Positions 8,896-17,076 of a stretch of 24,987 bases of DNA are shown piece after piece (position 1 is the first letter of the stretch; every line of letters starts with the position of its first letter). This DNA comes from an uncultured bacterium (GTDB lineage: Bacteria; Bacillota_I; Bacilli_A; RF39; UBA660). The stretch is from assembly GCA_949285775.1 (NCBI GenBank), contig CASEAD010000090.1, positions 1-24,987 on the forward strand. Reading direction: 5' to 3'. Under the pieces are notes generated by a model. It made no database searches. It was not told the DNA's origin and worked only from the letters and a program-made list of their open reading frames with translations. Made by a program: the position numbers and the translations under genes.

Positions 8896-10914
8896 TCACT
8901 CTTCTACATCTCTCTTAATACCAAAATAAGTAACTAAATAATAAACAAAATAAATAATACCAAATATTAATAAACTATATATCCAAACATATATATACAT
9001 ATATTCCGAAGATATAACATCCCCTAATAACTTATTTATAGAAATACTAAAAAATATCGATATAATCAAAGGATATACAACAGGAAAAAGAAAATTAATA
9101 AACACTTGCTTTCTAACTATTCTATATATCCTATCATTATTAACACCTAACTTCCTTAATAAAGAATAACGATACCTATATTTAACACCATCACTCAAAG
9201 TCCTAATAGAAATAACAGTCCCTACTACCGCAATAAATATCAAAGATAAATAAAGAAAAGAAAAAGAAAATATTGTCATAAAAGAACGATTTTGTGCTAA
9301 ATAATACCCCCTAACCCTTATAGCGTTTATTACCTCAGTATGATACTTTCCATTATATTCATACCTACTAAGATCCTTACTAATCATATTATAAAACTCT
9401 TCCGAAGTCTCTTCTAAAGTATCAAAAACAACAAACCTATTCCAAATCATTAACCCATCAACCACATCATCAGGAACAATAATTATATATAACATTCCAT
9501 TCTTCCCCCAACCCTCTAAATAATTAGTATTCCATACATCCCTTAACCCCAACAATACACCATTAATATTTAACTCATATTTCTCTTTTCCAATATCCTC
9601 AAGTTCCTCTTTCAAATTCAATGCCCCATGAATAAAATACTCATCATCATCTAAAACCAATTTATCCCTTCCTAACATCTCTTGCAACTTATTATAATCA
9701 CTTAAACTAATAAACACATCATTTTGAAAAATCCCATTTGATTCTGACAATTCCTTTATCTCCATCTGAATAGGATTCTCTTCATCACTACCACTATCCC
9801 CTAAAACATATAAATCATAACTAAACTCTTCCTCTATTGTATAATAACTATCTATATACTCACGATAATCATCTAATTTATACCTAAAATCATACCCATC
9901 AAAAGTCTCACTATAAAGAGTATCAACAATTATATCATAAGGAGCATATTGATTAACATTATTCAAAAAACCATCCCTCATCATAAATGCCAATATCATA
10001 CAAGATAAAGTCATAAATATAAGTAAAGATAAAGTACCAAACGTACTACCCATAGTTCTAACCTTAGAAACAAAATTCCTCGTAATAAATAAATTATCCC
10101 CTCTATACTTTAACCCCTTACACCTCAAAACATAACTTAATATAAAATCCCCCAAACTAAAAGTTATACCATAAATACTAAATATAATTAAAATTATCCC
10201 CACAAATAAAATAATAACAGATATATAACTACTACCTATATTAACACAAAAATAATCAATACCAATAACCCCAACAATACCCATAATTATAAAACAAATA
10301 AATGAAAAAACATTAATAGACTTATTATTCCATATCCCTCTCTCATTAATCTTTTCATAATATAACATATCATATATTTTCATTCCCTTAATCTGCCTAT
10401 TCCTACCAAATAAAACATAAACATAAATAACAACAAAATAAACAAAAGACAATATAACAGATTTATAACTAATAGATAAATTAACCTTATAAGGCATATC
10501 AAATATCCTCATAATTATACCCGTCAATAAAACCGAAATCAATATCCCACCAAAAAAAGAAATAACAAAAGAAATAAATCCCAAAATAATATTCTCTCTC
10601 ACAAACATCTTATTTATATCTCTTTTCTCTATCCCAAGCAACATATATATACCAAACTCTTTACTCCTCCTCTCCAACATAAAATTCATAGTATAATTAA
10701 TTAACCATCCAATTACAAATATCACTATTATACTAACAAACATAATAGCATATTTAAAATTCCCCATTTCCCTACTCAATTCCCTTAAATCATTAGAAAA
10801 CGCTAATAAATTAAAAGCAAAAACCAAAGAAAAACACATCGTAACCGTAACAATATAAACCAAATAATCCCTAAAACACCTCTTAACATTCCTAAACACC
10901 AACTTATTTAACAT
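8896..10914 (-). CDS. BceB/FtsX-type ABC transporter permease
   Basis: 672 aa. N-terminal KLVFRNVKRCFRDYLVY, RRSKEFGIYMLLGIEKRDI (FtsX signature), large extracellular loop, second RYRYSLLRKLG motif, about 10 TM helices. Confidence 0.9.
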   Translation of the reverse strand: MLNKLVFRNVKRCFRDYLVYIVTVTMCFSLVFAFNLLAFSNDLRELSREMGNFKYAIMFVSIIVIFVIGWLINYTMNFMLERRSKEFGIYMLLGIEKRDINKMFVRENIILGFISFVISFFGGILISVLLTGIIMRIFDMPYKVNLSISYKSVILSFVYFVVIYVYVLFGRNRQIKGMKIYDMLYYEKINERGIWNNKSINVFSFICFIIMGIVGVIGIDYFCVNIGSSYISVIILFVGIILIIFSIYGITFSLGDFILSYVLRCKGLKYRGDNLFITRNFVSKVRTMGSTFGTLSLLIFMTLSCMILAFMMRDGFLNNVNQYAPYDIIVDTLYSETFDGYDFRYKLDDYREYIDSYYTIEEEFSYDLYVLGDSGSDEENPIQMEIKELSESNGIFQNDVFISLSDYNKLQEMLGRDKLVLDDDEYFIHGALNLKEELEDIGKEKYELNINGVLLGLRDVWNTNYLEGWGKNGMLYIIIVPDDVVDGLMIWNRFVVFDTLEETSEEFYNMISKDLSRYEYNGKYHTEVINAIRVRGYYLAQNRSFMTIFSFSFLYLSLIFIAVVGTVISIRTLSDGVKYRYRYSLLRKLGVNNDRIYRIVRKQVFINFLFPVVYPLIISIFFSISINKLLGDVISSEYMYIYVWIYSLLIFGIIYFVYYLVTYFGIKRDVEE

Positions 10915-10976
10915 TAATACACTCTCCCATCAAACAAACTTATAATATAATAATACCACTTAACACTCCTACACAT
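10914..10976 (-). CDS. 20-aa ORF (MCRSVKWYYYIISLFDGRVY) coupled to the permease
   Basis: AGGAGGA RBS 4 nt before the ATG. Its TAA overlaps the permease ATG (TAATG at 10916-10912). Confidence 0.45.
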   Translation of the reverse strand: MCRSVKWYYYIISLFDGRVY

Positions 10977-11025
10977 ATAATCCTCCTATAATCACAATTA
11001 TACGTTATAATTACCACCTATAACA

Positions 11026-11040
11026 TTACAGTTTTGTAAG
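11026..11040. promoter_or_regulatory. TTACA-N4-TGTAA(G) inverted repeat, putative BceR/OmpR-type response-regulator box
   Basis: TTACAGTTTTGTAAG lies 23 nt upstream of a - strand TATAAT (11002-10997) that would drive the permease, which is an activator-type position. Confidence 0.6.
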
Positions 11041-11050
11041 AATATCTCTA

Positions 11051-11079
11051 TTGCATATATTAATCTTTTATGTTACAAT
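11051..11079 (+). promoter_or_regulatory. SigA promoter
   Basis: TTGCAT-17 nt-TACAAT with a TG extended -10. AAAGGAG RBS downstream. Confidence 0.7.
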
Positions 11080-11115
11080 CAAATTAACAAATAACCATTA
11101 TTAAAAGGAGATAAT

Positions 11116-11856
11116 ATGAAAAAGAAAAAAATTATATTTATTATACCAATCATATTAATTACACTACTAATAACTATATTTTTAACAACAGAAAAACCAA
11201 TAACCAATATAGAACTAAAAAATTATAAAATATCTCAAGATGGTAAAACAATGACCCTAACAGTTAACAGCACTAACCACATAACAAAAGTAACCAATAG
11301 CGACTCTCACACCAATTACTATACCTTCTACAGTACAAACTCTAATATAAATTCTACAAACACATTTAACATCAACTTAGATAACAACACAAAAGAAATA
11401 TACTTCTATAATGGTAATAACAACTATAAACTAGTATTAATAAAAGATGACATCACCAATAACTGGCTACAAATAAATTATACTAGCAATGAAACCATTA
11501 AACCTAATCTATTTAACTTAGATGAAATAATAAAAGTAAGAATAAACAACTATTCCCAAAATAATAACTACATTGAATACACAGATAAACTAACCATAGA
11601 AACAATATATAACATCTTTCAAAACTTAGAAACAACTACCATAAGTAAAACATATAATCCAGATTCCCCAGAAGAGATGTATGAAATAGTTTTTCTAAAT
11701 GATGAAAATATGCTACTAAGAAGTGATAACGAAATATTTAAAGGATACCTAAATATATATCTAAAAGATAATAAATATTATGCAGAACAAAGATATAATG
11801 GAATATATGAAATAACAGAAGAAAACTTTAACACCATAAAAAATTATATACCCTAA
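11116..11856 (+). CDS. Hypothetical membrane-anchored or secreted protein
   Basis: KKKK followed by a hydrophobic N-terminal helix; Asn/Thr-rich beta-type extracellular region; strong RBS. Confidence 0.8.
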   Translation: MKKKKIIFIIPIILITLLITIFLTTEKPITNIELKNYKISQDGKTMTLTVNSTNHITKVTNSDSHTNYYTFYSTNSNINSTNTFNINLDNNTKEIYFYNGNNNYKLVLIKDDITNNWLQINYTSNETIKPNLFNLDEIIKVRINNYSQNNNYIEYTDKLTIETIYNIFQNLETTTISKTYNPDSPEEMYEIVFLNDENMLLRSDNEIFKGYLNIYLKDNKYYAEQRYNGIYEITEENFNTIKNYIP

Positions 11857-11882
11857 GATCTAACACCAAGTTAGATCTTTTA
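11855..11882 (+). terminator. Intrinsic terminator
   Basis: AAGATCTAAC-ACCAA-GTTAGATCTT followed by TT. Confidence 0.75.
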
Positions 11883-11967
11883 ATTCAAAAAGAAGAAACT
11901 TATCCATTTCTCCTCTTATTTTATCTACCCAATTAAAAAATTATTTAAATTATACCAACACCTAGCC

Positions 11968-12795
11968 TCAATTAGATTTTTTCTGCTTATAAGTATACAA
12001 TATCGAAGGCCTATGTCCCCCAGTAACCTCTACCTTATCAGTCTTCTCCACCTTATTAGCAATCACCCTCCTAAAAGCAGGATCTAATAACTCCTTACCA
12101 AGAATAACCTCATAAACCTGTTGCAATTCCCCCAAAGTAAAATACTTAGGCATCATGTTAAATACAATATCCGTATATTCAATCTTATTCTTAAGCCTTG
12201 ATATACCCGCTGCTATTACCAAAGGATGATCAAAAGCTAACCCACCATCCTCTATAACACTATATTTATATCTATCCGTAGTTAAATCCTTTAACTTCTT
12301 ACCAATAACTAATTTAATACTCTCCTCACCATTATCAAGCAATATAGTCATCTTTTTATCATCTTCAAAATAATTAACATTAAACCAAGAAGCATTATCA
12401 CTAAGCTTATCTCTCAACCTATTCTTATCAACTAAAGACATATAAGAAACACTAACAATACGCATCCTAGGATCCCTCTTAGGATCCCCAAAAGTATATA
12501 ACTGTTCCATATATATATTACTCAAATTAGTCTCTGTTTTAAGAATCCTCTTAGCAGCGTCATCTATATCCTCATCATACCCAATAAAACCACCAGGTAA
12601 ACACCACTTATCACGAAAAGGATAATCATCCCTCTTTACTAATAAAATACTAAAATACTTTTTACTTAACTTACGATAATTATCTTGTTTCTCATCACTA
12701 ACACTAAATATTAAAGTATCTACCGTCATAGACAACTTCTTAAAATCATCTGAATTATAATTTCTTAAAAATTCTTCTTCACTATTATATTTCAC
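11968..12795 (-). CDS. nrtR: NrtR-family NUDIX/wHTH transcriptional regulator
   Basis: KWCLPGGFIGYDEDIDDAAKRIL (degenerate Nudix box), EQLYTFGDPKRDPRMR, LAFDH, C-terminal wHTH FTLGELQQVYEVILG...FRR...GGHRPSILY. GTG start with AGGAG RBS. Confidence 0.88.
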   Translation of the reverse strand: MKYNSEEEFLRNYNSDDFKKLSMTVDTLIFSVSDEKQDNYRKLSKKYFSILLVKRDDYPFRDKWCLPGGFIGYDEDIDDAAKRILKTETNLSNIYMEQLYTFGDPKRDPRMRIVSVSYMSLVDKNRLRDKLSDNASWFNVNYFEDDKKMTILLDNGEESIKLVIGKKLKDLTTDRYKYSVIEDGGLAFDHPLVIAAGISRLKNKIEYTDIVFNMMPKYFTLGELQQVYEVILGKELLDPAFRRVIANKVEKTDKVEVTGGHRPSILYTYKQKKSN

Positions 12796-12815
12796 TATAA
12801 ACCACTCCTACTAAA

Positions 12816-12844
12816 ATTATAAAATATTAATTATATTTTTACAA
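12816..12844 (-). promoter_or_regulatory. SigA promoter of nrtR
   Basis: TTGTAA-17 nt-TATAAT on the - strand. Confidence 0.65.
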
Positions 12845-12855
12845 GTAATTTTAAA

Positions 12856-13335
12856 TTATCTTATAACACTAATAAGACTATCAATAACCTTATCAATAAT
12901 ATCCTCCTTATTTAATACTCTACTATCATTATAAACATAATACTCATAATCATAATACTCTAAATTATCATCATCATATATACATACATATACCTTATTA
13001 TTATCCCCCTCTTTATTCTTCTCGTCTTGACTCATCAACTTACCAGTAACTCCAACCCCATAATTAGAATTAGCAAACCTAGATATATTATAAGCCATCT
13101 CTCTAGCAACCTCTTTACTATAAACAGTATATTCCAATATAGTACTCTTATTAACACCCATTTTAACTTTATATTCATTAGAATAAGTAACCGCAGAAAA
13201 CTTCAACACCCCACTAGCACCATCAATATCAGTAATCATATTAGCAATTCCCCCACCAGTACAAGACTCCATAGTAGATATTGTCTTCTCCAAATCTAAT
13301 AACTTATTTACAACTATTTCCATTTTCTCTAACAT
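12856..13335 (-). CDS. pncC: CinA C-terminal domain / NMN deamidase PncC-like protein
   Basis: ISTMESCTGGGIANMITDIDGAS, VTYSNEYK, VYSKEVAREMA, YGVGVTG. Stand-alone 159-aa domain next to an NAD regulator. Confidence 0.8.
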   Translation of the reverse strand: MLEKMEIVVNKLLDLEKTISTMESCTGGGIANMITDIDGASGVLKFSAVTYSNEYKVKMGVNKSTILEYTVYSKEVAREMAYNISRFANSNYGVGVTGKLMSQDEKNKEGDNNKVYVCIYDDDNLEYYDYEYYVYNDSRVLNKEDIIDKVIDSLISVIR

Positions 13336-13459
13336 ATCATAACCTCTTTCTAATATAATATTCTATCTATATTATAACCCATTTACATAAAATAATCACT
13401 ACTTACTATATAATCCCCATATCTTTATATATTCATAAACATCTCCTCCTGTTAATAAC

Positions 13460-13488
13460 ATTATATTAAAATCAAAAGAATATGTCAA
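13460..13488 (-). promoter_or_regulatory. Perfect-consensus SigA promoter
   Basis: TTGACA (13488-13483)-17 nt-TATAAT (13465-13460), followed by AGGAGGAG (13450-13443). Confidence 0.85.
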
Positions 13489-13502
13489 TACATAGAACAA
13501 AG

Positions 13503-13524
13503 GTTAAATAATTAATTATTTAAC
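13503..13524. repeat. Perfect 22-bp palindrome
   Basis: GTTAAATAATTAATTATTTAAC is identical to its reverse complement. Confidence 0.9.
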
Positions 13525-13651
13525 TCTCTTTACCTCACGGTAAAGTGTTTCTGCTTCATTGACTCTGTAACCAGACACTCACCAGACTTAAAATTCGATA
13601 GTCGCTACCGCACTCATTTTTAACTTAAAGAAACTTTGTTCGTTCTATATA
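13521..13651 (-). ncRNA. TnpB omegaRNA (reRNA) scaffold / IS200-IS605 right end
   Basis: On the - strand, directly after the TnpB-like stop: CGGTAG-CGA-CTATCG hairpin (13610-13596); TCTG.TGA...[TCTG-GTTA-CAGA]...TCA-ATGAAG-CAGA nested stem; subterminal CTTTACC-GTGA-GGTAAAG hairpin (13545-13528); then AGAGTTAA. This order matches my recollection of tnpB 3' ends and has not been confirmed by a covariance-model search. Confidence 0.65.
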
Positions 13652-13743
13652 TTAACAAATTATCTTCTTCATATGTAACTTCAATCCTTCAAACATAATA
13701 TCAATACTTGCGTTTAAATCTTACTTCCACACTTATATGTCCT
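13652..13743 (-). pseudogene. tnpB: TnpB (IS200/IS605 RNA-guided nuclease) C-terminal fragment
   Basis: Two frames: RTYKCGS (13743-), then DLNASIDIMFEGLKLHMKKIIC* (13720-13652). This matches the TnpB zinc-ribbon/RuvC-III tail RxYxC..C..DRDxNASxNI with an internal deletion and frameshift. Confidence 0.75.
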
Positions 13744-13750
13744 ATATTTT

Positions 13751-13776
13751 AAAAAATTAGGTATAAATTTCCTAAT
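13751..13776 (-). terminator. Intrinsic terminator
   Basis: ATTAGG-AAATTTATA-CCTAAT followed by T5 on the - strand. Confidence 0.55.
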
Positions 13777-13787
13777 ATAAAAAAGAA

Positions 13788-14372
13788 TTACTTAGATAAC
13801 CTAGATAATTCCCTATTCTTCCACTGTATATAAAACTCATATTCATCAATTTCCTTATTTATCTTAACAACCCTCACCTTATTTTTTAACAAACACATCT
13901 CTATATTATCAACATCTCTATCAGTTAAACTCTCCAAATCAATATCATATTTTTTATAAACATTCTCTTTAATCTCCTTCTTAATCCCTATAACTTTCCT
14001 TCTAAGAAAAAAATTAAATATAGTTGCAATAATAATCATAAATATCAATACAATCTTAGCAACTAAAACAGGAGTTTGAATAATAAGAATAACACTAAAT
14101 AAATAAAAGACCACCTCAAAAACCATAAAAGTAAAATAATCTCCATATGTACTACTTATATAATCTTTAAAGCAATCATTATATTCATCATAACTATTTA
14201 TAATATCACTAAATTTACCAGACTTATCCTCCAAATTATTCATCTCTTCTGTTAAAGAAACAATCTTTTCCTCACAATAATTTAAACACTCCAAAGCAGT
14301 ATCAAAATATTTATCTATCTTCCTACAATTTTCCTCTAACCTATCTAACTCTTTCTGATGCTCTGATATCAA
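13788..14372 (-). CDS. Hypothetical coiled-coil protein with two TM helices
   Basis: TTG start after a GAAGGGA RBS; heptad-like N-terminus and a central pair of hydrophobic segments. Confidence 0.7.
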   Translation of the reverse strand: MISEHQKELDRLEENCRKIDKYFDTALECLNYCEEKIVSLTEEMNNLEDKSGKFSDIINSYDEYNDCFKDYISSTYGDYFTFMVFEVVFYLFSVILIIQTPVLVAKIVLIFMIIIATIFNFFLRRKVIGIKKEIKENVYKKYDIDLESLTDRDVDNIEMCLLKNKVRVVKINKEIDEYEFYIQWKNRELSRLSK

Positions 14373-14444
14373 AGTATCCCTTCTCTCTAGAACTATATAC
14401 TAACACATAAAAATAAGAAAGTAAAGACACAAAATAACACTCCA

Positions 14445-15377
14445 CTATAATTTTTGATCATTTCCCAACTTATTTAATCTCTTTAAAGACACTACAAAAC
14501 TCTGATACTCTGTACTAATAGTACCAACTACCTCAAAATTAGTAATAATCTTATCATAATAAGTATAAATAAGTAAAATAGTACCAACTTCCATTTCTCC
14601 AATACTAATCAAATATACACAATAAAAAATAATCGCATACTTACATATCTCAATAGCAGCCAAAACAGTATAAATAAAAGCTTGTGATAACAAATTAAAT
14701 CCATGATTAGCCTTTAAATACTCCATCGTACTCTGATGAAATTTCTTAAAAATAGTAGCATTATAATTCTCTTCCTTGATAGAATCATACATCTCATTTG
14801 CTACAACAGTCTTCCTATCTAAAGTACTCTTTCTTTTTACATTCTCATTCTTAACCTGTCTTCCTGATATAAGAATTATAATCACCATAATAACTGATAT
14901 AACTACTGTTACCAAAAAAATATATATATTTAACGATAAAAAATAAACATATATAATTAAAAACTCTAACATCTGTATAACCCTAACAACTGCATTACCA
15001 AGAAAATTACACAAAATATCAATATCATTATTAATAACATTAGTATATTCCCCCAAAGATATCTTCTTAATATTCTCCGTATTACTCTTAGTAATTAAAT
15101 TAGTATATCCAACATATAACTTATCATAAAACCTAAACCAAGTAACCTGATTTAAATATAACCAAATATAATAAAATATAGCCAAAATAACCGATACAAC
15201 TAATAAATAATAAGCATTAGTTATATCTCCCTCACTCAAATTATTAATAGTCATACTCCAAAAAATAGGAATAACTAATAACAAACCTCTAACAAAAATA
15301 GAAGCAATAATTTTATATATAAGTTCTTTATAAGAATCCTTAATTACAACCTCAGTATAATTATCCTTCTTTCTCAT
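14445..15377 (-). CDS. ABC exporter transmembrane domain only (no fused ATPase)
   Basis: About six TM helices; ISLGEYTNVINNDIDIL (ABC_membrane 'GE..SR...D' type), GEMEVGTILLIYTY, and VSLKRL at the point where the NBD linker normally begins, followed by a stop. Confidence 0.75.
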   Translation of the reverse strand: MRKKDNYTEVVIKDSYKELIYKIIASIFVRGLLLVIPIFWSMTINNLSEGDITNAYYLLVVSVILAIFYYIWLYLNQVTWFRFYDKLYVGYTNLITKSNTENIKKISLGEYTNVINNDIDILCNFLGNAVVRVIQMLEFLIIYVYFLSLNIYIFLVTVVISVIMVIIILISGRQVKNENVKRKSTLDRKTVVANEMYDSIKEENYNATIFKKFHQSTMEYLKANHGFNLLSQAFIYTVLAAIEICKYAIIFYCVYLISIGEMEVGTILLIYTYYDKIITNFEVVGTISTEYQSFVVSLKRLNKLGNDQKL

Positions 15378-15484
15378 AAATATTCACCTATAATTAATAT
15401 GAATATTTTTTAGTATTTTTATACAAATGAAAAAATTATAACACCTTAATAATACATATAAATACTAATTCTTTGAATACACCA

Positions 15485-15508
15485 AAAAAAAGCAGATACA
15501 AATCTACT
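15485..15508 (-). terminator. Intrinsic terminator
   Basis: AGTAGAT-TTGT-ATCTGCT followed by a T-run on the - strand. Confidence 0.75.
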
Positions 15509-15558
15509 ATATTCCATATAATAACTCCAACCCAAATTAAAAGAATCACTATTATATC

Positions 15559-16245
15559 TTACGTAAAAGTAGAAGTAACACCAGTACCATTAGCAGATAC
15601 AAATTCCACTTCCCCATAAAAAGTACCAGTATCCGTCTGTTCAGTACCTGTTTCATTAATCCATACAATTATATAATATGTAGCAGTACCATTATTAGGA
15701 ACCAAACTAACACTATCAACAAAACTAGTCGCTGTCATAGATGCCGTATTATCAGAAATTGAAGTTGAACCAATCATAGATGTACTAGTAATAGTTTTCC
15801 ATTTTAAATTAGGCATTCCCGAAAAAGCAGTAAGACCAGTATTAGTATAAAACGAAACTAACCCTTTAAGAACAACAGTAGCTGTACTAGTATTAGTAAC
15901 CGTAACCGTATAAACCTTACACACAATATTATTATTAGCGTCCACACAACCACCAGTCAAAGCAGACTGTAAAGGACCACTATTAGAAGCAGTCGTAGAA
16001 CTTTGTGGAACCATTACTCCATTATTTGTCGCAGTAGGTAAAGTCTGAGTAACATTTAATTCCAAATTAACCGTAGCAGCCGTACCAGTAATAACATTAT
16101 TATTAGTAGCACCTACCGCAAAATACGCAAATGTTGCCCCAGTAGTACATAACATCAATATTACAATCATCAATACTACTACAGCAATCTTCTTACCATC
16201 ACTATCCTTATTACTACTATTAACCTGATTAGTATTCATACGCAC
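15559..16245 (-). CDS. Secreted protein with SipW-type signal peptide (TasA/CalY-like)
   Basis: KKIAVVVLMIVILMLCTTGATFAYF signal; Thr/Asn/Val-rich beta-strand body; YYIIVWINETGTEQTD...F.GEVEF tail. The start may be the ATG at 16239. Confidence 0.75.
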   Translation of the reverse strand: MRMNTNQVNSSNKDSDGKKIAVVVLMIVILMLCTTGATFAYFAVGATNNNVITGTAATVNLELNVTQTLPTATNNGVMVPQSSTTASNSGPLQSALTGGCVDANNNIVCKVYTVTVTNTSTATVVLKGLVSFYTNTGLTAFSGMPNLKWKTITSTSMIGSTSISDNTASMTATSFVDSVSLVPNNGTATYYIIVWINETGTEQTDTGTFYGEVEFVSANGTGVTSTFT

Positions 16246-16317
16246 AACACCTCTATTATGATTTTATCAAATCTATTACCAAAAATCAAGATATAGATTA
16301 ACATTTACAAATATTTA

Positions 16318-17007
16318 TTAACCCCTATCTATCTCAACCGCATCTGTAATTACACCTTGAATTTTACCACCATTACCAGCTGAAATAGTAACATTAGCCG
16401 TAAAAGAACCAATACCATCATCATTTTGTGATCTCTCTTCATTCTCAAGCCAAACAATTAAAATAAACTCAACCTCTGAAATATTTAAAACATCATAAGA
16501 ATCAAACAAAACCTTATCTACCCCATTTTCAAACTTAGAAAAATCATTATACAAACAATACTCCTGAATATTAGAATTCTCTTCATCACCCAACTCAACA
16601 GCAGCACAATTATTAATATCCTCATCACCCATTCTAGGAGCCATAATAACATAACTCAAATTCTCTATATTAGTAGTAGCATTTATTGTACCAGATATAA
16701 AATTTAACCCCTCATTATACCCAAACACACTAATAGTATAAGCACTACAAGCACCTCTATCATACTTATCCTTACATTTATTTGCAATAGCCTTTACCGT
16801 ATCCTCACCATCCATAGGAATAAAACTAAATCCATGATACAACGGATCAATCCTCATACTTATACTATAACCAGTTGAATTAGTAATTATAACATTATTA
16901 CTACTAGCTCCCGTAACCCAATATGCATACGTAGCACCAACAGTAGTAAGACTAAATATCCCAATTGCAAATATCAAATAACATATTTTAATCCTATTAT
17001 TCATCAT
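16318..17007 (-). CDS. Secreted protein with SipW-type signal peptide (paralog)
   Basis: IFAIGIFSLTTVGATYAYW signal; shares CxDxxxxxxCxxYTxxV and IVWxxxxxxxQ motifs with the downstream paralog. Confidence 0.75.
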   Translation of the reverse strand: MMNNRIKICYLIFAIGIFSLTTVGATYAYWVTGASSNNVIITNSTGYSISMRIDPLYHGFSFIPMDGEDTVKAIANKCKDKYDRGACSAYTISVFGYNEGLNFISGTINATTNIENLSYVIMAPRMGDEDINNCAAVELGDEENSNIQEYCLYNDFSKFENGVDKVLFDSYDVLNISEVEFILIVWLENEERSQNDDGIGSFTANVTISAGNGGKIQGVITDAVEIDRG

Positions 17008-17029
17008 ATCACGCTTCTATTCTAAAAAT

Positions 17030-17058
17030 ATAATATCAAAAATATATATAAATTGCAA
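17030..17058 (-). promoter_or_regulatory. SigA promoter of the SipW-signal gene(s)
   Basis: TTGCAA-17 nt-TATTAT with a TG extended -10 on the - strand. Confidence 0.6.
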
Positions 17059-17062
17059 GTAC

Positions 17063-17076
17063 CAAACAACTGTTTG
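17063..17076. promoter_or_regulatory. LexA (SOS/Cheo-type) box variant
   Basis: CAAAC-AACT-GTTTG symmetric site resembles the Bacillota CGAAC-N4-GTTCG box and overlaps the lexA -35. Confidence 0.7.

Noticed and set aside
13027-13299. 90-aa + strand ORF
   Set aside because: It is antisense to pncC, low-complexity and has no RBS; a product of strand skew.
12796-13500. Canonical NrtR operator near pncC or nrtR
   Set aside because: No convincing GT-N7-AC-type 21-bp palindrome was found; only AT-rich dyads of low information content.
13630-13642. GAAAC-TTT-GTTCG as an SOS box in the TnpB relic
   Set aside because: The spacer is 3 nt rather than 4 and the site is not positioned at a promoter.
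15400-15520. About 23-aa ORF between the SipW-signal gene and the ABC TMD gene
   Set aside because: It runs through the terminator hairpin and T-run, has a weak RBS and no recognisable features.
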